Shown here one piece after another: positions 16,627-27,539 of a stretch of DNA of 38,828 nucleotides. Under the pieces are notes generated by a model. It did no database searches. It was given only the letters and a program-made list of their open reading frames with translations, and had not been told where the DNA came from. Positions within the stretch are counted from its first letter, which is position 1. Every line of letters begins with the position of its first letter. Made by a program: the position numbers and the translations under genes. Where the stretch lies: positions 1 through 38,828 of IMG/VR virus record IMGVR_UViG_3300037515_000431, one strand, 5' to 3'. This DNA is from a virus (lineage: Duplodnaviria > Caudoviricetes).

Positions 16627-17124
16627 ATGAAATCAAGAACCATCATCACCCTTGCCTCTACCATCCCTGTAATCACCTGGTTCACAAGAAAAGCTGTAGC
16701 CCTCTACGTGCCCTCAGACGCTCTTTTGTGGATACCGGCATGGATCAACCCTATAGACTTTATTCTGTCCTACAGCTTTGAAATAAGCCTCCTGATAGTC
16801 ATGCCTGCCATGCTGTTATGGGGATGGGCAACCCTGAAAAAAGAACAGGAATCTGTCAGCAATGAATATATTGATCCATTCGACCTGTTTATTAGGGATA
16901 TATACATGAAAAGGGAATCTATTGATCCAATCGACCTGTTTATTAAGGATATATACATGAGAGTTGATCCGGCCTATCTGCAAAAAGAAGCTAGATATTG
17001 CAAAAAAGAACTTGGCACTTTTTTAGAAAAAAACAACAAAAAATGGCGCGAGAAACACAGCCAGGCATTGCTAGACAAAAGAGAAGAGTTTAGAAAAGCT
17101 AACCCTCTACCAGGCTCTGAATAA
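16627..17124 (+). CDS. Membrane protein with an internal 17-aa tandem duplication
   Basis: Hydrophobic N-half; IDPFDLFIRDIYMK / IDPIDLFIKDIYMR. Confidence 0.65.
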   Translation: MKSRTIITLASTIPVITWFTRKAVALYVPSDALLWIPAWINPIDFILSYSFEISLLIVMPAMLLWGWATLKKEQESVSNEYIDPFDLFIRDIYMKRESIDPIDLFIKDIYMRVDPAYLQKEARYCKKELGTFLEKNNKKWREKHSQALLDKREEFRKANPLPGSE

Positions 17125-17126
17125 AT

Positions 17127-17150
17127 AAAGCCCCTTAATCGGGGCTTTTT
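17127..17150. terminator. Bidirectional terminator between convergent genes
   Basis: AAAGCCCC-TTAATC-GGGGCTTTTT. Confidence 0.85.
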
Positions 17151-17153
17151 ACT

Positions 17154-17384
17154 TTAAGCGCCTTGCGATTCTTCGTATTTCCTGCGCCGCTCATTTCGCT
17201 CATTGCGCGCACGGGTTACATCATCATCCGTAAACAACTTGCGCCCAAGCTTTTTTAACCTTCCGCCCATCGTTAAAGGCTCATCGTTCATATCCCGGCC
17301 ATTGCCGCCACGGCTGCCATTTTTCTCGCCCCTGGCAGTAACAGCCTCTCCGCTCTTTGGTTTACCTGCACTATCGTATGGCAT
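17154..17384 (-). CDS. Hypothetical basic protein
   Basis: Last ORF of the late operon; GGAGGGG RBS. Confidence 0.6.
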   Translation of the reverse strand: MPYDSAGKPKSGEAVTARGEKNGSRGGNGRDMNDEPLTMGGRLKKLGRKLFTDDDVTRARNERNERRRKYEESQGA

Positions 17385-17509
17385 TAGCGTCCCCTCCCAT
17401 TCTTTTTCATCATTTTAGTTGGCGTACCTTTTGGCCCCATGTTTTTTGACATAGGCTTGGTGTATTTAGGCTTGCCCGCACTGCCTTTAATTTTGCTACC
17501 CTTTTTCAT
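17384..17509 (-). CDS. 41-aa Lys/Gly-rich peptide (not in the ORF track)
   Basis: MKKGSKIKGSAGKPKYTKPMSKNMGPKGTPTKMMKKNGRGR; GAGGTG RBS; TAATG coupling to the next gene. Confidence 0.6.
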   Translation of the reverse strand: MKKGSKIKGSAGKPKYTKPMSKNMGPKGTPTKMMKKNGRGR

Positions 17510-17592
17510 AAATCACCTCATTAGAAAATCGCTGGCTTTTAAAATGACGCCAGAATATTCCAGCTTAATATCCTGACACCTGATTTTATATT

Positions 17593-18018
17593 TCACGGCC
17601 ATTCGCCGGTAACTAACATGCGTTTATTAACCTGGGCGCGCTCGCCCACCTGCTTTGCATACAGACTATCAACCAAATGCTCACCGGCTATCTGCCAGCT
17701 TCTTGCTTTAATAGCAGCCAACATATTCTTAAAGCCCAATAAACCACTTATACCAAGATTTATCACCATATCAATCAAAACGGCCTGCCTTGCAATCGTC
17801 AAAGAATCCCACCACTCAAATTCTCTTTCACACATCGCTTCAGCCATCGCCACATCATTTTCAAGCAAGTATTCTGCTTCTTGCTGGGTAATCCCACCTC
17901 CGCTTCTTTGCAGATTGCGACCATAACCAATCGTCAAAAAACCTTCACTGCACTTATAAGGCTCAAGTCGCAACCCCTCATTCTTTTTAACCATCGCTAT
18001 TAACTTTTCATTCATCAT
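17593..18018 (-). CDS. Endolysin (GH24, T4-type lysozyme)
   Basis: EGLRLEPYKC..G.LTIGYGRNL; RQAVLIDM..NLG..GLLGFKNML. Confidence 0.93.
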   Translation of the reverse strand: MMNEKLIAMVKKNEGLRLEPYKCSEGFLTIGYGRNLQRSGGGITQQEAEYLLENDVAMAEAMCEREFEWWDSLTIARQAVLIDMVINLGISGLLGFKNMLAAIKARSWQIAGEHLVDSLYAKQVGERAQVNKRMLVTGEWP

Positions 18019-18024
18019 AAAATC

Positions 18025-21000
18025 CTAGTTCGTTACAAAGTTATCTGTGCCTTTCTCTTGCAAGGCATCGAACAAAAAATCCATATACCAAAGATTCTGA
18101 TAAGGCAATAACTTACGCAACGTCTTAACATCGCCTTCCGATACATCACCCGTAAACAAAGCACGATTAGCAGCCAACGCATCGTTAGCCATGCCAAATG
18201 ATGGCCCAAGGAACGCATCCATTAAGTTCCTGGATTGCATCCTGGTTAACTGCTCCCCTCCACCAACAACAGACAACGTGCCACCACTCACCTTGTTAGC
18301 AACTGCATACGCTTCACCCAACAAACCAAACACGCCCGCACGATCACTGGCTTCCAGTAATTGTGTTCCAAAATCATCACTATTCTCTCGGCCCGCAAGC
18401 GCATTTTTTAACGAATACACGGCATAGCCCAAACCAATAGACGTAATCAAACCTTCAGCGACTGCCATATCATGCGCCTGCAAACCAGAGATAAGAACGC
18501 GGCTGTGAGAAGACACTAGAAAGCTCTTAAACTGCATCGTCAATGAACCTAACTCGCTACTCATCCAAATTGGAACATCCCCTCTTCCAACCGTTACAAT
18601 CACCTCATCAATGCTTTTGCGAATTGCAGAAAACATAGCCTGCTTTGTCATCGCATCCCAATCATCACTGTGCGGAACCAACAACCCACCCTCATCCGTA
18701 AACTTTCCAGCTTTCATTTCATCAGCAATACGCTCCAACTCCTTCCGGCCCAAACCACTCTTCGCCATATCCCGCAACTGCTTCTTACTTAATTTACTAC
18801 CCTCCATCACAGCACGGGCAGCTCTCAAAATATCGTCCTGAATCATCACGCCGCTAAACGATTTTAAAAAATCATTGTGATAACTCATTCCAGTTACTTT
18901 GCCAAACCCAATAGCCGCAGCATCTGCCGCCTTCTCCAACTTGTTCCTACGGGCACCATCTTCAAGCAAATCAGCCATTCCTTTCATACGCCCATTCAAC
19001 AGCGTTTCAAAACCAACAGAAGCCCTCTGAGCCTCATCCTTGGCCAACTTATATGCAGAAGTGTTAATTGCCTTCAGCGTCCGAATATAAGGCTTAAACC
19101 CTTTTACCATGATGGGCCTGGCTAAGTCAGGCAATGCCGCTAACTGCATACCACCCAACAGCCTGACCAGGTTATAGCGCTTAACAAACTGGGAAGCTCT
19201 CTGCCAAAAAGCATCAGGATCAGCAGGCCTTTGAGCAGTCCCTAATACCCGATCCCTTAAATACGTCACATCCCGTACATCATCCATCTGCCGATTAGTT
19301 AACCGCTGCATTTCACTGGCTATTTGCTCATCCGAAGCGCCTTTGGCTTTCATAGCCTCACCCACACGCTCACGCAAATTAGAGTACTCATTAGCCAGAT
19401 CATCAAACACCTCTTTCATGTCAGACGTGCCAAATGTTCTCTTCAGCTCCATTTGAGGAGTAAGCGTATTTATATATTTGTTAACCACATTCTCGACATC
19501 GCTATCCAAAAAATCTTCTATCTCTGCATCGTCTATTCCTAACAAGCGAGATTTAAGCGGACTAGCTTTTACAATCCGATTATCTGGCAACGTTTCAAGC
19601 GCCAACTGGCCACGCGGCAAACTCAATATATTATCTACAGTCTCCCTGGCTAAAGCCTCTATAGCATTACGATCCATGGATAACCACTCCGCCATCTCTT
19701 CGCGATCTTTTAGCAACTGTGTTGTTTCAGCCTGTAGCCTTTTTGCTTCTTTTTCTAATTTCTGAACCTGGCCATAAAACTCTTCACGGCCAACAGGTGA
19801 GCCTCTGCGCTCTAAAACATATTGTTCTATATCCGCTTTACTGCTTTGCCTGCCAAGGCCCCCCGCCTCAAGCTCATTAATATAACGCCCGTCAGAAACA
19901 CCACTAATACCGCCAAGCTTACCGGCAATTTCATCATCCCAAACCTTAACGCCGTTATGTACTTCATCTGCTAACGCATCAAATACATCGCTTAAATCAA
20001 TTTCATCATACTGCCTCGCTCCAAACGTATACCCGTTATCCCATAACCATTCCCGCAAAGTATCATCAGACAAACCAGCACCATCACCAGCTTTAATTGA
20101 TCTATCTTTTTTTATAAGTCCGACATACGAGCGATTAGAAATATCCCTTGCAGCTAATTCACCACCAGAGTCATACAAACCACCACGCTCTCTTAAAGCA
20201 ACTGCTAGACTTTTTGGAGCGTCATCCAGCCCAAGAACACGCTTAACGTCCGCCGTCTTGTTTGGATTAAAATCAGCAGCTAAAGTCGATTTAATGCTTT
20301 GTACTTCTCGCTCCAAAGAATCTTTTAAATTTTTAGCTTGCGCTTCTAACGCCATCCCCTCTACATTAAACGCAGAATCTCCCGTATCCCTTACAGCTTT
20401 CTCTATTGCAAGCTTTGTTTTTAATTGTTGCTGTTGAAAATAATTAGCTAACTTGAATTCAAGACCACCGACCAAGTTTCCACTTGCATCAACAACCCTC
20501 CGCCCCTTAATAACCTTCTGTGCATCCCACACGCGATTTAGATACCGACTCGCATAAGCGCCATTAACTTCTATCTCAGCAGGTAACATTTCCAATTCCT
20601 GCAAGCTTTTTAAATACGGAATATAAACCTTGTCGCGTAATTTATTAGCCGCTGCAAACACTTCTGGTATATCGCTCTGCGAATTACGCCGCAAGCTCAA
20701 AGCAACCATTTCCTTAAACTGATCCCACGTCAATTTACTTTCTCTTTGACTGCGCCCCGTTAAATCACTAATGGTTGTTTTTAGCTCACCAAAATCACTT
20801 GCCTTCGCTTGACCGTTCACTACTTTTGCAACATCACGATACTTAGCAAACTCATCCCGCAAAGTTGTTATCAATAACGCCTTTGCATTATCACTAACAA
20901 TAGATACACGCGTTTCTACAGAACCGATTTCGGATGATGTATTAATCCCCTTCATTTGCCCCTTGTTATACATTGGATTGTTCACTAGCCAGGAAGTCAT

Positions 21001-22104
21001 TTTTCTAGCTGTCAAAACAGGCGACTTAGCTAAACGCATCACCGGATTAATGCTGATATTTTCCAAACCCAAAGCAGGCGCTAAAGCATAATCATCCAAC
21101 GTAACAGCATCCACTTTCGCAGCACTTAAACTTTTATCATACTCCCACGCATATCCTGCTTTTTGATACGCCTTTAATTCTTCTGGCGTCATTTCTTGCA
21201 AGCTTCCAGTCTGACGCGTATTAATCACAGGCTTTGGGTCTTTAAAATCTTTTACCGTAGCATCCGCCATCTTATTCATTTGACGCTTGCCGTACATGCC
21301 AACACCGCCACCAATAACGCCACCAATAAGCGCAGCCGCCCCAATATTCATTAAAGCCTCTTCATTAGTGCGCGTAATTTGTGTCTGTAGTTTTACCCCT
21401 TCCGAAAACCCTTCCTGCAACGCACCAAACACAAGCAACTCAGCAGCAGAAGCCAAAGGTTTACCAACCCGCGCCGCTCCTAACGCCGGAATCAACATGC
21501 CGCCCCAAAACTCCGGGCTAACCAGTTGCGTAAAGAACATCCCCGCACCACCCGATACCGGGTTATCAGCAATAAACTGCCTACGCTCCATCTCTTTATC
21601 AATTTGTCTAAGAGTTGCATCGTATTCCGTTCTATTTTGTGTTCTAACCAGGTCGGCTTGATAAGGCGCGTAAGTATCTATGCTATACGTTGGCTCAAGT
21701 GTTGCATCAAAGCTAACATCAACTGACTTATCAACATCACTCAACTCATCATCAAGCGCACTTAGTAACGTATTCTCCTGCACCGCACCGGCTACAAAAG
21801 CTTTCAAGCGACCAGCTTTGACTTCTTCTTCCGGTATCTCCCGGATGCCGGTAGACAAGGCCAAATCCTCTTGAGTACCGTTATAACCAGCATCAACAAC
21901 CCACCCACCACGGCTATCAACACCATCAGAAATACGCAAAAGATCATTAAGACTTGCTGGCTCTTGCGCCTGAAAATCCGGATGATAAAACTCATAAATA
22001 TCTACTCCCCTGAAATCAGGTGCCGCAAGAGAATCATCAAAACCACCTCCCCCATCCGGGGGCGGCAAATCATCCTGCAAAAGAGGGTTAAGGTTTAGCT
22101 TCAT
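18025..22104 (-). CDS. Large internal virion / DNA ejection protein
   Basis: 1359 aa, helical, last of three ejection-type genes; QFKSF and LRKLLPYQNLWY C-terminal motifs. Confidence 0.7.
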   Translation of the reverse strand: MKLNLNPLLQDDLPPPDGGGGFDDSLAAPDFRGVDIYEFYHPDFQAQEPASLNDLLRISDGVDSRGGWVVDAGYNGTQEDLALSTGIREIPEEEVKAGRLKAFVAGAVQENTLLSALDDELSDVDKSVDVSFDATLEPTYSIDTYAPYQADLVRTQNRTEYDATLRQIDKEMERRQFIADNPVSGGAGMFFTQLVSPEFWGGMLIPALGAARVGKPLASAAELLVFGALQEGFSEGVKLQTQITRTNEEALMNIGAAALIGGVIGGGVGMYGKRQMNKMADATVKDFKDPKPVINTRQTGSLQEMTPEELKAYQKAGYAWEYDKSLSAAKVDAVTLDDYALAPALGLENISINPVMRLAKSPVLTARKMTSWLVNNPMYNKGQMKGINTSSEIGSVETRVSIVSDNAKALLITTLRDEFAKYRDVAKVVNGQAKASDFGELKTTISDLTGRSQRESKLTWDQFKEMVALSLRRNSQSDIPEVFAAANKLRDKVYIPYLKSLQELEMLPAEIEVNGAYASRYLNRVWDAQKVIKGRRVVDASGNLVGGLEFKLANYFQQQQLKTKLAIEKAVRDTGDSAFNVEGMALEAQAKNLKDSLEREVQSIKSTLAADFNPNKTADVKRVLGLDDAPKSLAVALRERGGLYDSGGELAARDISNRSYVGLIKKDRSIKAGDGAGLSDDTLREWLWDNGYTFGARQYDEIDLSDVFDALADEVHNGVKVWDDEIAGKLGGISGVSDGRYINELEAGGLGRQSSKADIEQYVLERRGSPVGREEFYGQVQKLEKEAKRLQAETTQLLKDREEMAEWLSMDRNAIEALARETVDNILSLPRGQLALETLPDNRIVKASPLKSRLLGIDDAEIEDFLDSDVENVVNKYINTLTPQMELKRTFGTSDMKEVFDDLANEYSNLRERVGEAMKAKGASDEQIASEMQRLTNRQMDDVRDVTYLRDRVLGTAQRPADPDAFWQRASQFVKRYNLVRLLGGMQLAALPDLARPIMVKGFKPYIRTLKAINTSAYKLAKDEAQRASVGFETLLNGRMKGMADLLEDGARRNKLEKAADAAAIGFGKVTGMSYHNDFLKSFSGVMIQDDILRAARAVMEGSKLSKKQLRDMAKSGLGRKELERIADEMKAGKFTDEGGLLVPHSDDWDAMTKQAMFSAIRKSIDEVIVTVGRGDVPIWMSSELGSLTMQFKSFLVSSHSRVLISGLQAHDMAVAEGLITSIGLGYAVYSLKNALAGRENSDDFGTQLLEASDRAGVFGLLGEAYAVANKVSGGTLSVVGGGEQLTRMQSRNLMDAFLGPSFGMANDALAANRALFTGDVSEGDVKTLRKLLPYQNLWYMDFLFDALQEKGTDNFVTN

Positions 22105-24605
22105 ATTTTCGGCACATAGGTTTTGGGATTAGCCCCACGCTTACGTACAGGCGCGCCAGCACTTACAGGCTTCTGTGGATACTTCTCCTCATAACGCTTT
22201 CTTAGCCTGGCTTCTATCTCCTTCAGCTTACGCTGATAGGCATCGTTAAAAGCTTCTACACGCTTGGCATCCAGTTCCTTATCAACCTTCTTGCCAGTCG
22301 ATACCGCGCCTCTACCGGCCCTTTTAACGCCCTCAGACGACATCGGTACAGCTAACCCCTCAAACACACTGGCCGCTATAGCAGCAGATTTGTTTTGTAT
22401 CCGCATCATGTCCGCCTGCCAACCAGCAGGACTTGTAGTCCCTGCATCCAACCCCTCCAATGCAGCTAACCCGGCGAACGCTTCATTAAATACTTCCTGT
22501 CGATAAGCAGCAGAGCTGGTCACTTTTTGTTGTTCATAAATAGCCGCTTGCCGATTCTCTTTATACTCAGTGTTTTGCTGTATATCTGGATACCAACGCC
22601 GCTTCACATTATTTGCCGTAGTAACGGGGATAGGCGCACCAATGCCATCCTTGGGCCGCACAAACACCGCATAACTTGGCTTGTCAGTCGTTAGCGTGTA
22701 ATAGTCAGACTTGATCAAAATATTTTCTGCACCATACTCGGCAACATAATCAGATAACTGTTCTGCCTTATATTTTTCAAAGTCGTCTTTAATCCATCCG
22801 CTTCCACCATTCACTTGCCCATAAGCAACTTCGGGCGGTAACTGCATCAATTGACGCTCTCCATTAATTTCACTAACGCGCCACGTTTTATTTAATTGCT
22901 GGGCAGCATACGCACTGGCCTTATCCATGTCGCCGGTAATGCCATACATAGTTTTCTCAAGCTCACGATACTGAGCAAGATATGCGTTACCTACAGCAGG
23001 ATCACGCGCAAACCATTCATCATAAACATTATTTGCTGCCTTACTGGCGCGCTTCATAGACTTCTTAAAATTGCCTGCCGCAGCACTGTATTGCTGGTTC
23101 CTTAAATCAAGCTCAGCCTTAGGTACATTAATTTCATCCACCGCCAATTGATACGCTTGTGCAGGCGGCAACCCCGCCTCAACGTGATTACCAATCTCTT
23201 GTAAAATAACCCTGTTTTGCAACGAATCCAAATCATCCATTACATTCGGTAGCCTTTGCATACGACCGTACAAAGAACCTGCCATAGCAGCTAATTCAGG
23301 ATTAGAAGCACCAGCTCCTAACATCCGTACCAAATCATCTTTCATACCACTCGGCATGTAGCCAGTTCTCTCTACCGCTTTAAACGCACTAGCTTGCCAT
23401 TGAAAACGCTCATCAGGATTATTAGTAGCCCATCCCATCCCAAGCACCAGCTTATAATAAGCATCCATCTGCTTCTCCTGATCCTTGCCAGCAACCGGCA
23501 TCCCATAACTAATTAACGCAGAGCCACCCGCTGCTAAATCATCATCCGTAACCGCCCGCTTCATATCCGCAGCAATTTTGCTTTCATCAGAATAACGCTT
23601 ATTAACATCCGCACGAGCTTCACTAATCGTCTTCAGCCAATCTTCCTGTGACACTCCATCAGGCTTATTCTTCTCTGCATTACGTAATGCAGCATTAGCC
23701 GCCTGGATACCGCCATCCTCATCGTAAATACGAACCACATCCCCTCTAAAACGCATAGCTTCCGTATCAGCATCTATCTTCTCCGCAATCTTGTTTGCTT
23801 CTTCATGCGTATACAAACCCTGATCAATGCCATCCATCAACATCGCATTAATACGACCCTGCCCCTCAGCAATAGCTACAGGATCATTACGATACGCAGC
23901 CGAACCAAGCTCCTGCGACTGCATAGAAACCTTTTCTGTCAAACGATCACTAAAATTTTTAATAACCGTCTGGCTTGCAGATGCAAGCTGATCATCAGAC
24001 AGCACTCCCATATTACGTCCCTTCGCTAAGGCAACTAACGCAGAGTCCATATCCCCCGCTTGTGTATACAACGTCACAGATTCTTCTATTCCTTTCTGCG
24101 CATCCTGCAACATATAACCCGCACTAGCAGTATTCGCCCGAACTTTTAACTTTTCCCATTCCTCATTTACACTTTTTGCATACTGCCTCCTGTAATTAGC
24201 AGGCACATCATCCAATCCTTGCATAGATTTTATGTTGTAATAATTCATTACATCCCGCATCACTCGATTAGTCGGAATATAAGTAGCATCACCATCCACC
24301 GCAATATCAGGATCACCGGGATCAATATCTTGCATCACCTGACTACGTATCTCATCCGGCATACGCGGATCATTAATATTAATTCTGTCACCAGATAATA
24401 CGTAATCTTCAAGTGCCGCCATATCAGACGCTAACCGCGCACCCTGCTTTTCCGTTTCAATAGCATCCAGATTATCCTTGATGACAAAAGCAATTTCAGA
24501 CACACCGCCAATTAAATCTAACCCCATTTTAATATCAGCGTTAGCGTCCTCAATAACAGGAACGCGGGGGCTTCCAACAGAATAATTAATATCCGGCAAT
24601 CGCAT
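22101..24605 (-). CDS. Internal virion protein
   Basis: 834 aa, Ala-rich and helical; position matches T7 gp15-like genes. Confidence 0.65.
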   Translation of the reverse strand: MRLPDINYSVGSPRVPVIEDANADIKMGLDLIGGVSEIAFVIKDNLDAIETEKQGARLASDMAALEDYVLSGDRININDPRMPDEIRSQVMQDIDPGDPDIAVDGDATYIPTNRVMRDVMNYYNIKSMQGLDDVPANYRRQYAKSVNEEWEKLKVRANTASAGYMLQDAQKGIEESVTLYTQAGDMDSALVALAKGRNMGVLSDDQLASASQTVIKNFSDRLTEKVSMQSQELGSAAYRNDPVAIAEGQGRINAMLMDGIDQGLYTHEEANKIAEKIDADTEAMRFRGDVVRIYDEDGGIQAANAALRNAEKNKPDGVSQEDWLKTISEARADVNKRYSDESKIAADMKRAVTDDDLAAGGSALISYGMPVAGKDQEKQMDAYYKLVLGMGWATNNPDERFQWQASAFKAVERTGYMPSGMKDDLVRMLGAGASNPELAAMAGSLYGRMQRLPNVMDDLDSLQNRVILQEIGNHVEAGLPPAQAYQLAVDEINVPKAELDLRNQQYSAAAGNFKKSMKRASKAANNVYDEWFARDPAVGNAYLAQYRELEKTMYGITGDMDKASAYAAQQLNKTWRVSEINGERQLMQLPPEVAYGQVNGGSGWIKDDFEKYKAEQLSDYVAEYGAENILIKSDYYTLTTDKPSYAVFVRPKDGIGAPIPVTTANNVKRRWYPDIQQNTEYKENRQAAIYEQQKVTSSAAYRQEVFNEAFAGLAALEGLDAGTTSPAGWQADMMRIQNKSAAIAASVFEGLAVPMSSEGVKRAGRGAVSTGKKVDKELDAKRVEAFNDAYQRKLKEIEARLRKRYEEKYPQKPVSAGAPVRKRGANPKTYVPKI

Positions 24606-25222
24606 TAAAACAAACCCCCTTTACCACCAGACTTTTTAATCTGCTTATAAATATCTTTAAACTGGTTATATTGCCGTCCATACATAACATTTTGTTCTTG
24701 TTGCTGTGCGGCGCGATACGTCATAAATGACCCACTGCGAACAGACGCACCCGATGCCCCCATCTCGGACGTTGTGCCACTAATCTCTTGAGCCATTCCC
24801 TTACGCATTTGATTAAGCTCACTTGTTGCATCAGCCCAAAATGCTTTAGCTTTTTTCTCCGCTTTCTTTTTTGCCCTATCAGCCATTGATGACGACAAAC
24901 CCAAATCGAGAACAACCCCAACAACAGTGGCAATCCAATTACCTGTTGAGGCTCCCATTTGAGTAAAAGTACCGCCGGTTCCTTCACCTCCACGAGCACC
25001 TATCCTGGAAACCAATTGACCACCAGCAGCACCCATTCCTCCACCGCCACCACCAAAGCCGCTTGACTTTTTTTCGCTACCACCTTTTTTATTTGAGGCA
25101 GGCAACTCGGTTCTTGCTGTAGCGTTAGAAAACATATTGTCAAAGTACGACTGATCAAACATGCCGCCACCCCTGGAATCCCTACCGTATGACAAAGATC
25201 CCGCCCCACTAAATTCCGCCAT
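24605..25222 (-). CDS. Internal virion protein (gp14-like)
   Basis: Gly-rich N-terminus, hydrophobic stretch and GASG motif; follows the tail tube B gene. Confidence 0.6.
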   Translation of the reverse strand: MAEFSGAGSLSYGRDSRGGGMFDQSYFDNMFSNATARTELPASNKKGGSEKKSSGFGGGGGGMGAAGGQLVSRIGARGGEGTGGTFTQMGASTGNWIATVVGVVLDLGLSSSMADRAKKKAEKKAKAFWADATSELNQMRKGMAQEISGTTSEMGASGASVRSGSFMTYRAAQQQEQNVMYGRQYNQFKDIYKQIKKSGGKGGLF

Positions 25223-25230
25223 AAAATCTC

Positions 25231-27537
25231 CTACACCGCATTGGATTGTGATTTGCCAAAAATACCGGCGATCTCAGTTCGCAAAGGCAAATTCTGCTCA
25301 ATAACAACCACCCCCTCATCAAACCCCTCATTGCGCACCTCAAAATCACCAGATACATCAGCATCTAATGGATTGCCACTAGACGGCACCAGAGCTGCCG
25401 GTACTGCCGGACGGTACCCATTTAATGTAGGAATTGCAGAAAGCGCCAAACGAGCAAATATACGGTTCCACTTGCGCTTACTACCCTGGGCTGTACCCGC
25501 ATTACTTCCACCTTCTTGCGGCAACGTTGTGGCACTCGCCATATAATTTAGACCAACCACGCAAAAACCAAGCTTCCCATTCGGCACATAAACAATGCCG
25601 TTACTTACAGGCTGATCCGGCAGCACTTCATACAGTACCGCTCCACCACCCGTATCCGCATTCTCTAAAACAATCCCAACTGTCACACCATTTAATCTAT
25701 CAAGACCAGAGATCCCCTGTGTTGTTTGAGATGCAACATAACCCCCACTAAACGCAGAACTAAATGCAAGACTGAACGCACCAGCACGGCGCTGAAAAAC
25801 TTCAATCGATTTATATTCATACGAATCAAGAAAACGCCGCGTAAATAATTCAGGCTCAATCAACTCAAGCGTAAATTGCCCCGCTCTACGTATCGCCATC
25901 CATACCGCTTGACCACCAGACTCTTGCGTAAGCGCAATAGATGAAATCTCACCAACTCCATTAGAAAAATCAGTTACTTCCATCGTATGCCAAGCAAGAA
26001 GCTCATTCTGTAAATCATAAGTACACGCCGCTACAGTGCCATCCTCCAATACGCAATACAGCAAATATTCAGGCTCAACCGCATAATGCACTTCCTTAAT
26101 GCCAGACAAAAATAATTCAGAAGCCACCACCGTAATATCTGATCCCATCATCCCGCGAGCTTCTTCGGACAATTGCGAAACGCGCACCTTCCCCCTCCCG
26201 GCCCCCACATAAGCAATCTGCCTGCCCACAAAAGCAGCCTGTATTCCAGCAGACGAATAACCATTTTGCCGGTATAAGTAAAACGATGAACCAGTGATTG
26301 TTCCACTCTCAGCACCTAACATAATTTCGCCATCTGCCGTCCCGATTAGCATTTGTTGCATCCCAAGCAACCACAAAATAGTTCCAGCAGATGCCAAACT
26401 AATATCAATCGGATCAGAAGCGGTAGCCCCTGGGGTAAAATCAAGATAAGAAGCAACCTTGGAAGCCCAGATTGTATTTGCTTGTAATGGAGTAGCACCA
26501 AACCACAAACGAGATTGAAATATTTCAACAACAGATGGATAGTTGCCCGATACCCACTCCGCAGGCGGCGAAGTAAATGTGATCACTCCAAACGTCCAAG
26601 CCCGTGTTACATAGTTATATCGCAACAACTGAGGAGGGACTTGTGGATGCACCAAAAACATTTCCCCAGTACTAATGTCAGTAGCAACTTGTATATCCCG
26701 CACCTCAGTATCATCCCAGGGAGACGCAAACGATTGCGGCAATGCCGTTGTGCTGTTTATCAAAATGGGGCCGTAAAAAGCGCCCGTATTATCATTATAG
26801 CCAGGCACAATAGTAGGCTTAGTTCGGAGCGTTACATAAAAAGGTGCCCCTGTTGTAACAAACGTCAACTCATCAAACGTGGGATTGTTCCAGTTAGCAG
26901 GCGCAATCTCCATAGACGCAATATCAGAAAGCCCAGGGCCGGTACCAATAAAAACCTGCCCGCTTACTGCCGCATAATTCTTTGACACTTCTGAATTAAC
27001 AGAAGACGCAACGCCAGCTTGTGACGCATAACCAAAATTTATTTTATAAGTGTCCGCAGGCCCAAATATCTTTTGTTGCACACCAATGCTCGCAGCACTA
27101 CCACCAGGAGCAAGTCGGTAATGCTGGAACAACACACGAAAACCGCCCTCATACGTTGTCTCTGCAAACAAAGAAGCAACACCCGTCTTTTTCCAGTACT
27201 GCTCCCCACCAGAAAAATAAGGATCAAAACCAAAAAGGCCGCCCCCTTCGACAATGCCAGCCCTGTCATGCAGCGTTACATTTACGCCATCCAGCACAAC
27301 AACAACGTCCGCACCAACATTAACGGGAAAACGAATCAAGCGAATAGCTGAAGCATCTTCTCTAAGATTCTCAATGTATCGCGCTCCACGCCGCTTCCGT
27401 AACGATCCTTGAGGGGTCACTGTCCAGTTCTTACACTCCAACATCCCATTAACATAACTTTCCGTGTTAACACGGCCAGTCGCGGCAGCAGATATTACCC
27501 CGCCGGAAAAGCCCGCTTTAATTGGATAAATATCCAC
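25231..27537 (-). CDS. Tail tubular protein B / nozzle
   Basis: FSGGVIS...NWTVTPQGSLRKRRG; YPSVV..FQSRLWFG; IWASKV..Y.DF; AWH. Confidence 0.88.
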   Translation of the reverse strand: MDIYPIKAGFSGGVISAAATGRVNTESYVNGMLECKNWTVTPQGSLRKRRGARYIENLREDASAIRLIRFPVNVGADVVVVLDGVNVTLHDRAGIVEGGGLFGFDPYFSGGEQYWKKTGVASLFAETTYEGGFRVLFQHYRLAPGGSAASIGVQQKIFGPADTYKINFGYASQAGVASSVNSEVSKNYAAVSGQVFIGTGPGLSDIASMEIAPANWNNPTFDELTFVTTGAPFYVTLRTKPTIVPGYNDNTGAFYGPILINSTTALPQSFASPWDDTEVRDIQVATDISTGEMFLVHPQVPPQLLRYNYVTRAWTFGVITFTSPPAEWVSGNYPSVVEIFQSRLWFGATPLQANTIWASKVASYLDFTPGATASDPIDISLASAGTILWLLGMQQMLIGTADGEIMLGAESGTITGSSFYLYRQNGYSSAGIQAAFVGRQIAYVGAGRGKVRVSQLSEEARGMMGSDITVVASELFLSGIKEVHYAVEPEYLLYCVLEDGTVAACTYDLQNELLAWHTMEVTDFSNGVGEISSIALTQESGGQAVWMAIRRAGQFTLELIEPELFTRRFLDSYEYKSIEVFQRRAGAFSLAFSSAFSGGYVASQTTQGISGLDRLNGVTVGIVLENADTGGGAVLYEVLPDQPVSNGIVYVPNGKLGFCVVGLNYMASATTLPQEGGSNAGTAQGSKRKWNRIFARLALSAIPTLNGYRPAVPAALVPSSGNPLDADVSGDFEVRNEGFDEGVVVIEQNLPLRTEIAGIFGKSQSNAV

Positions 27538-27539
27538 AA

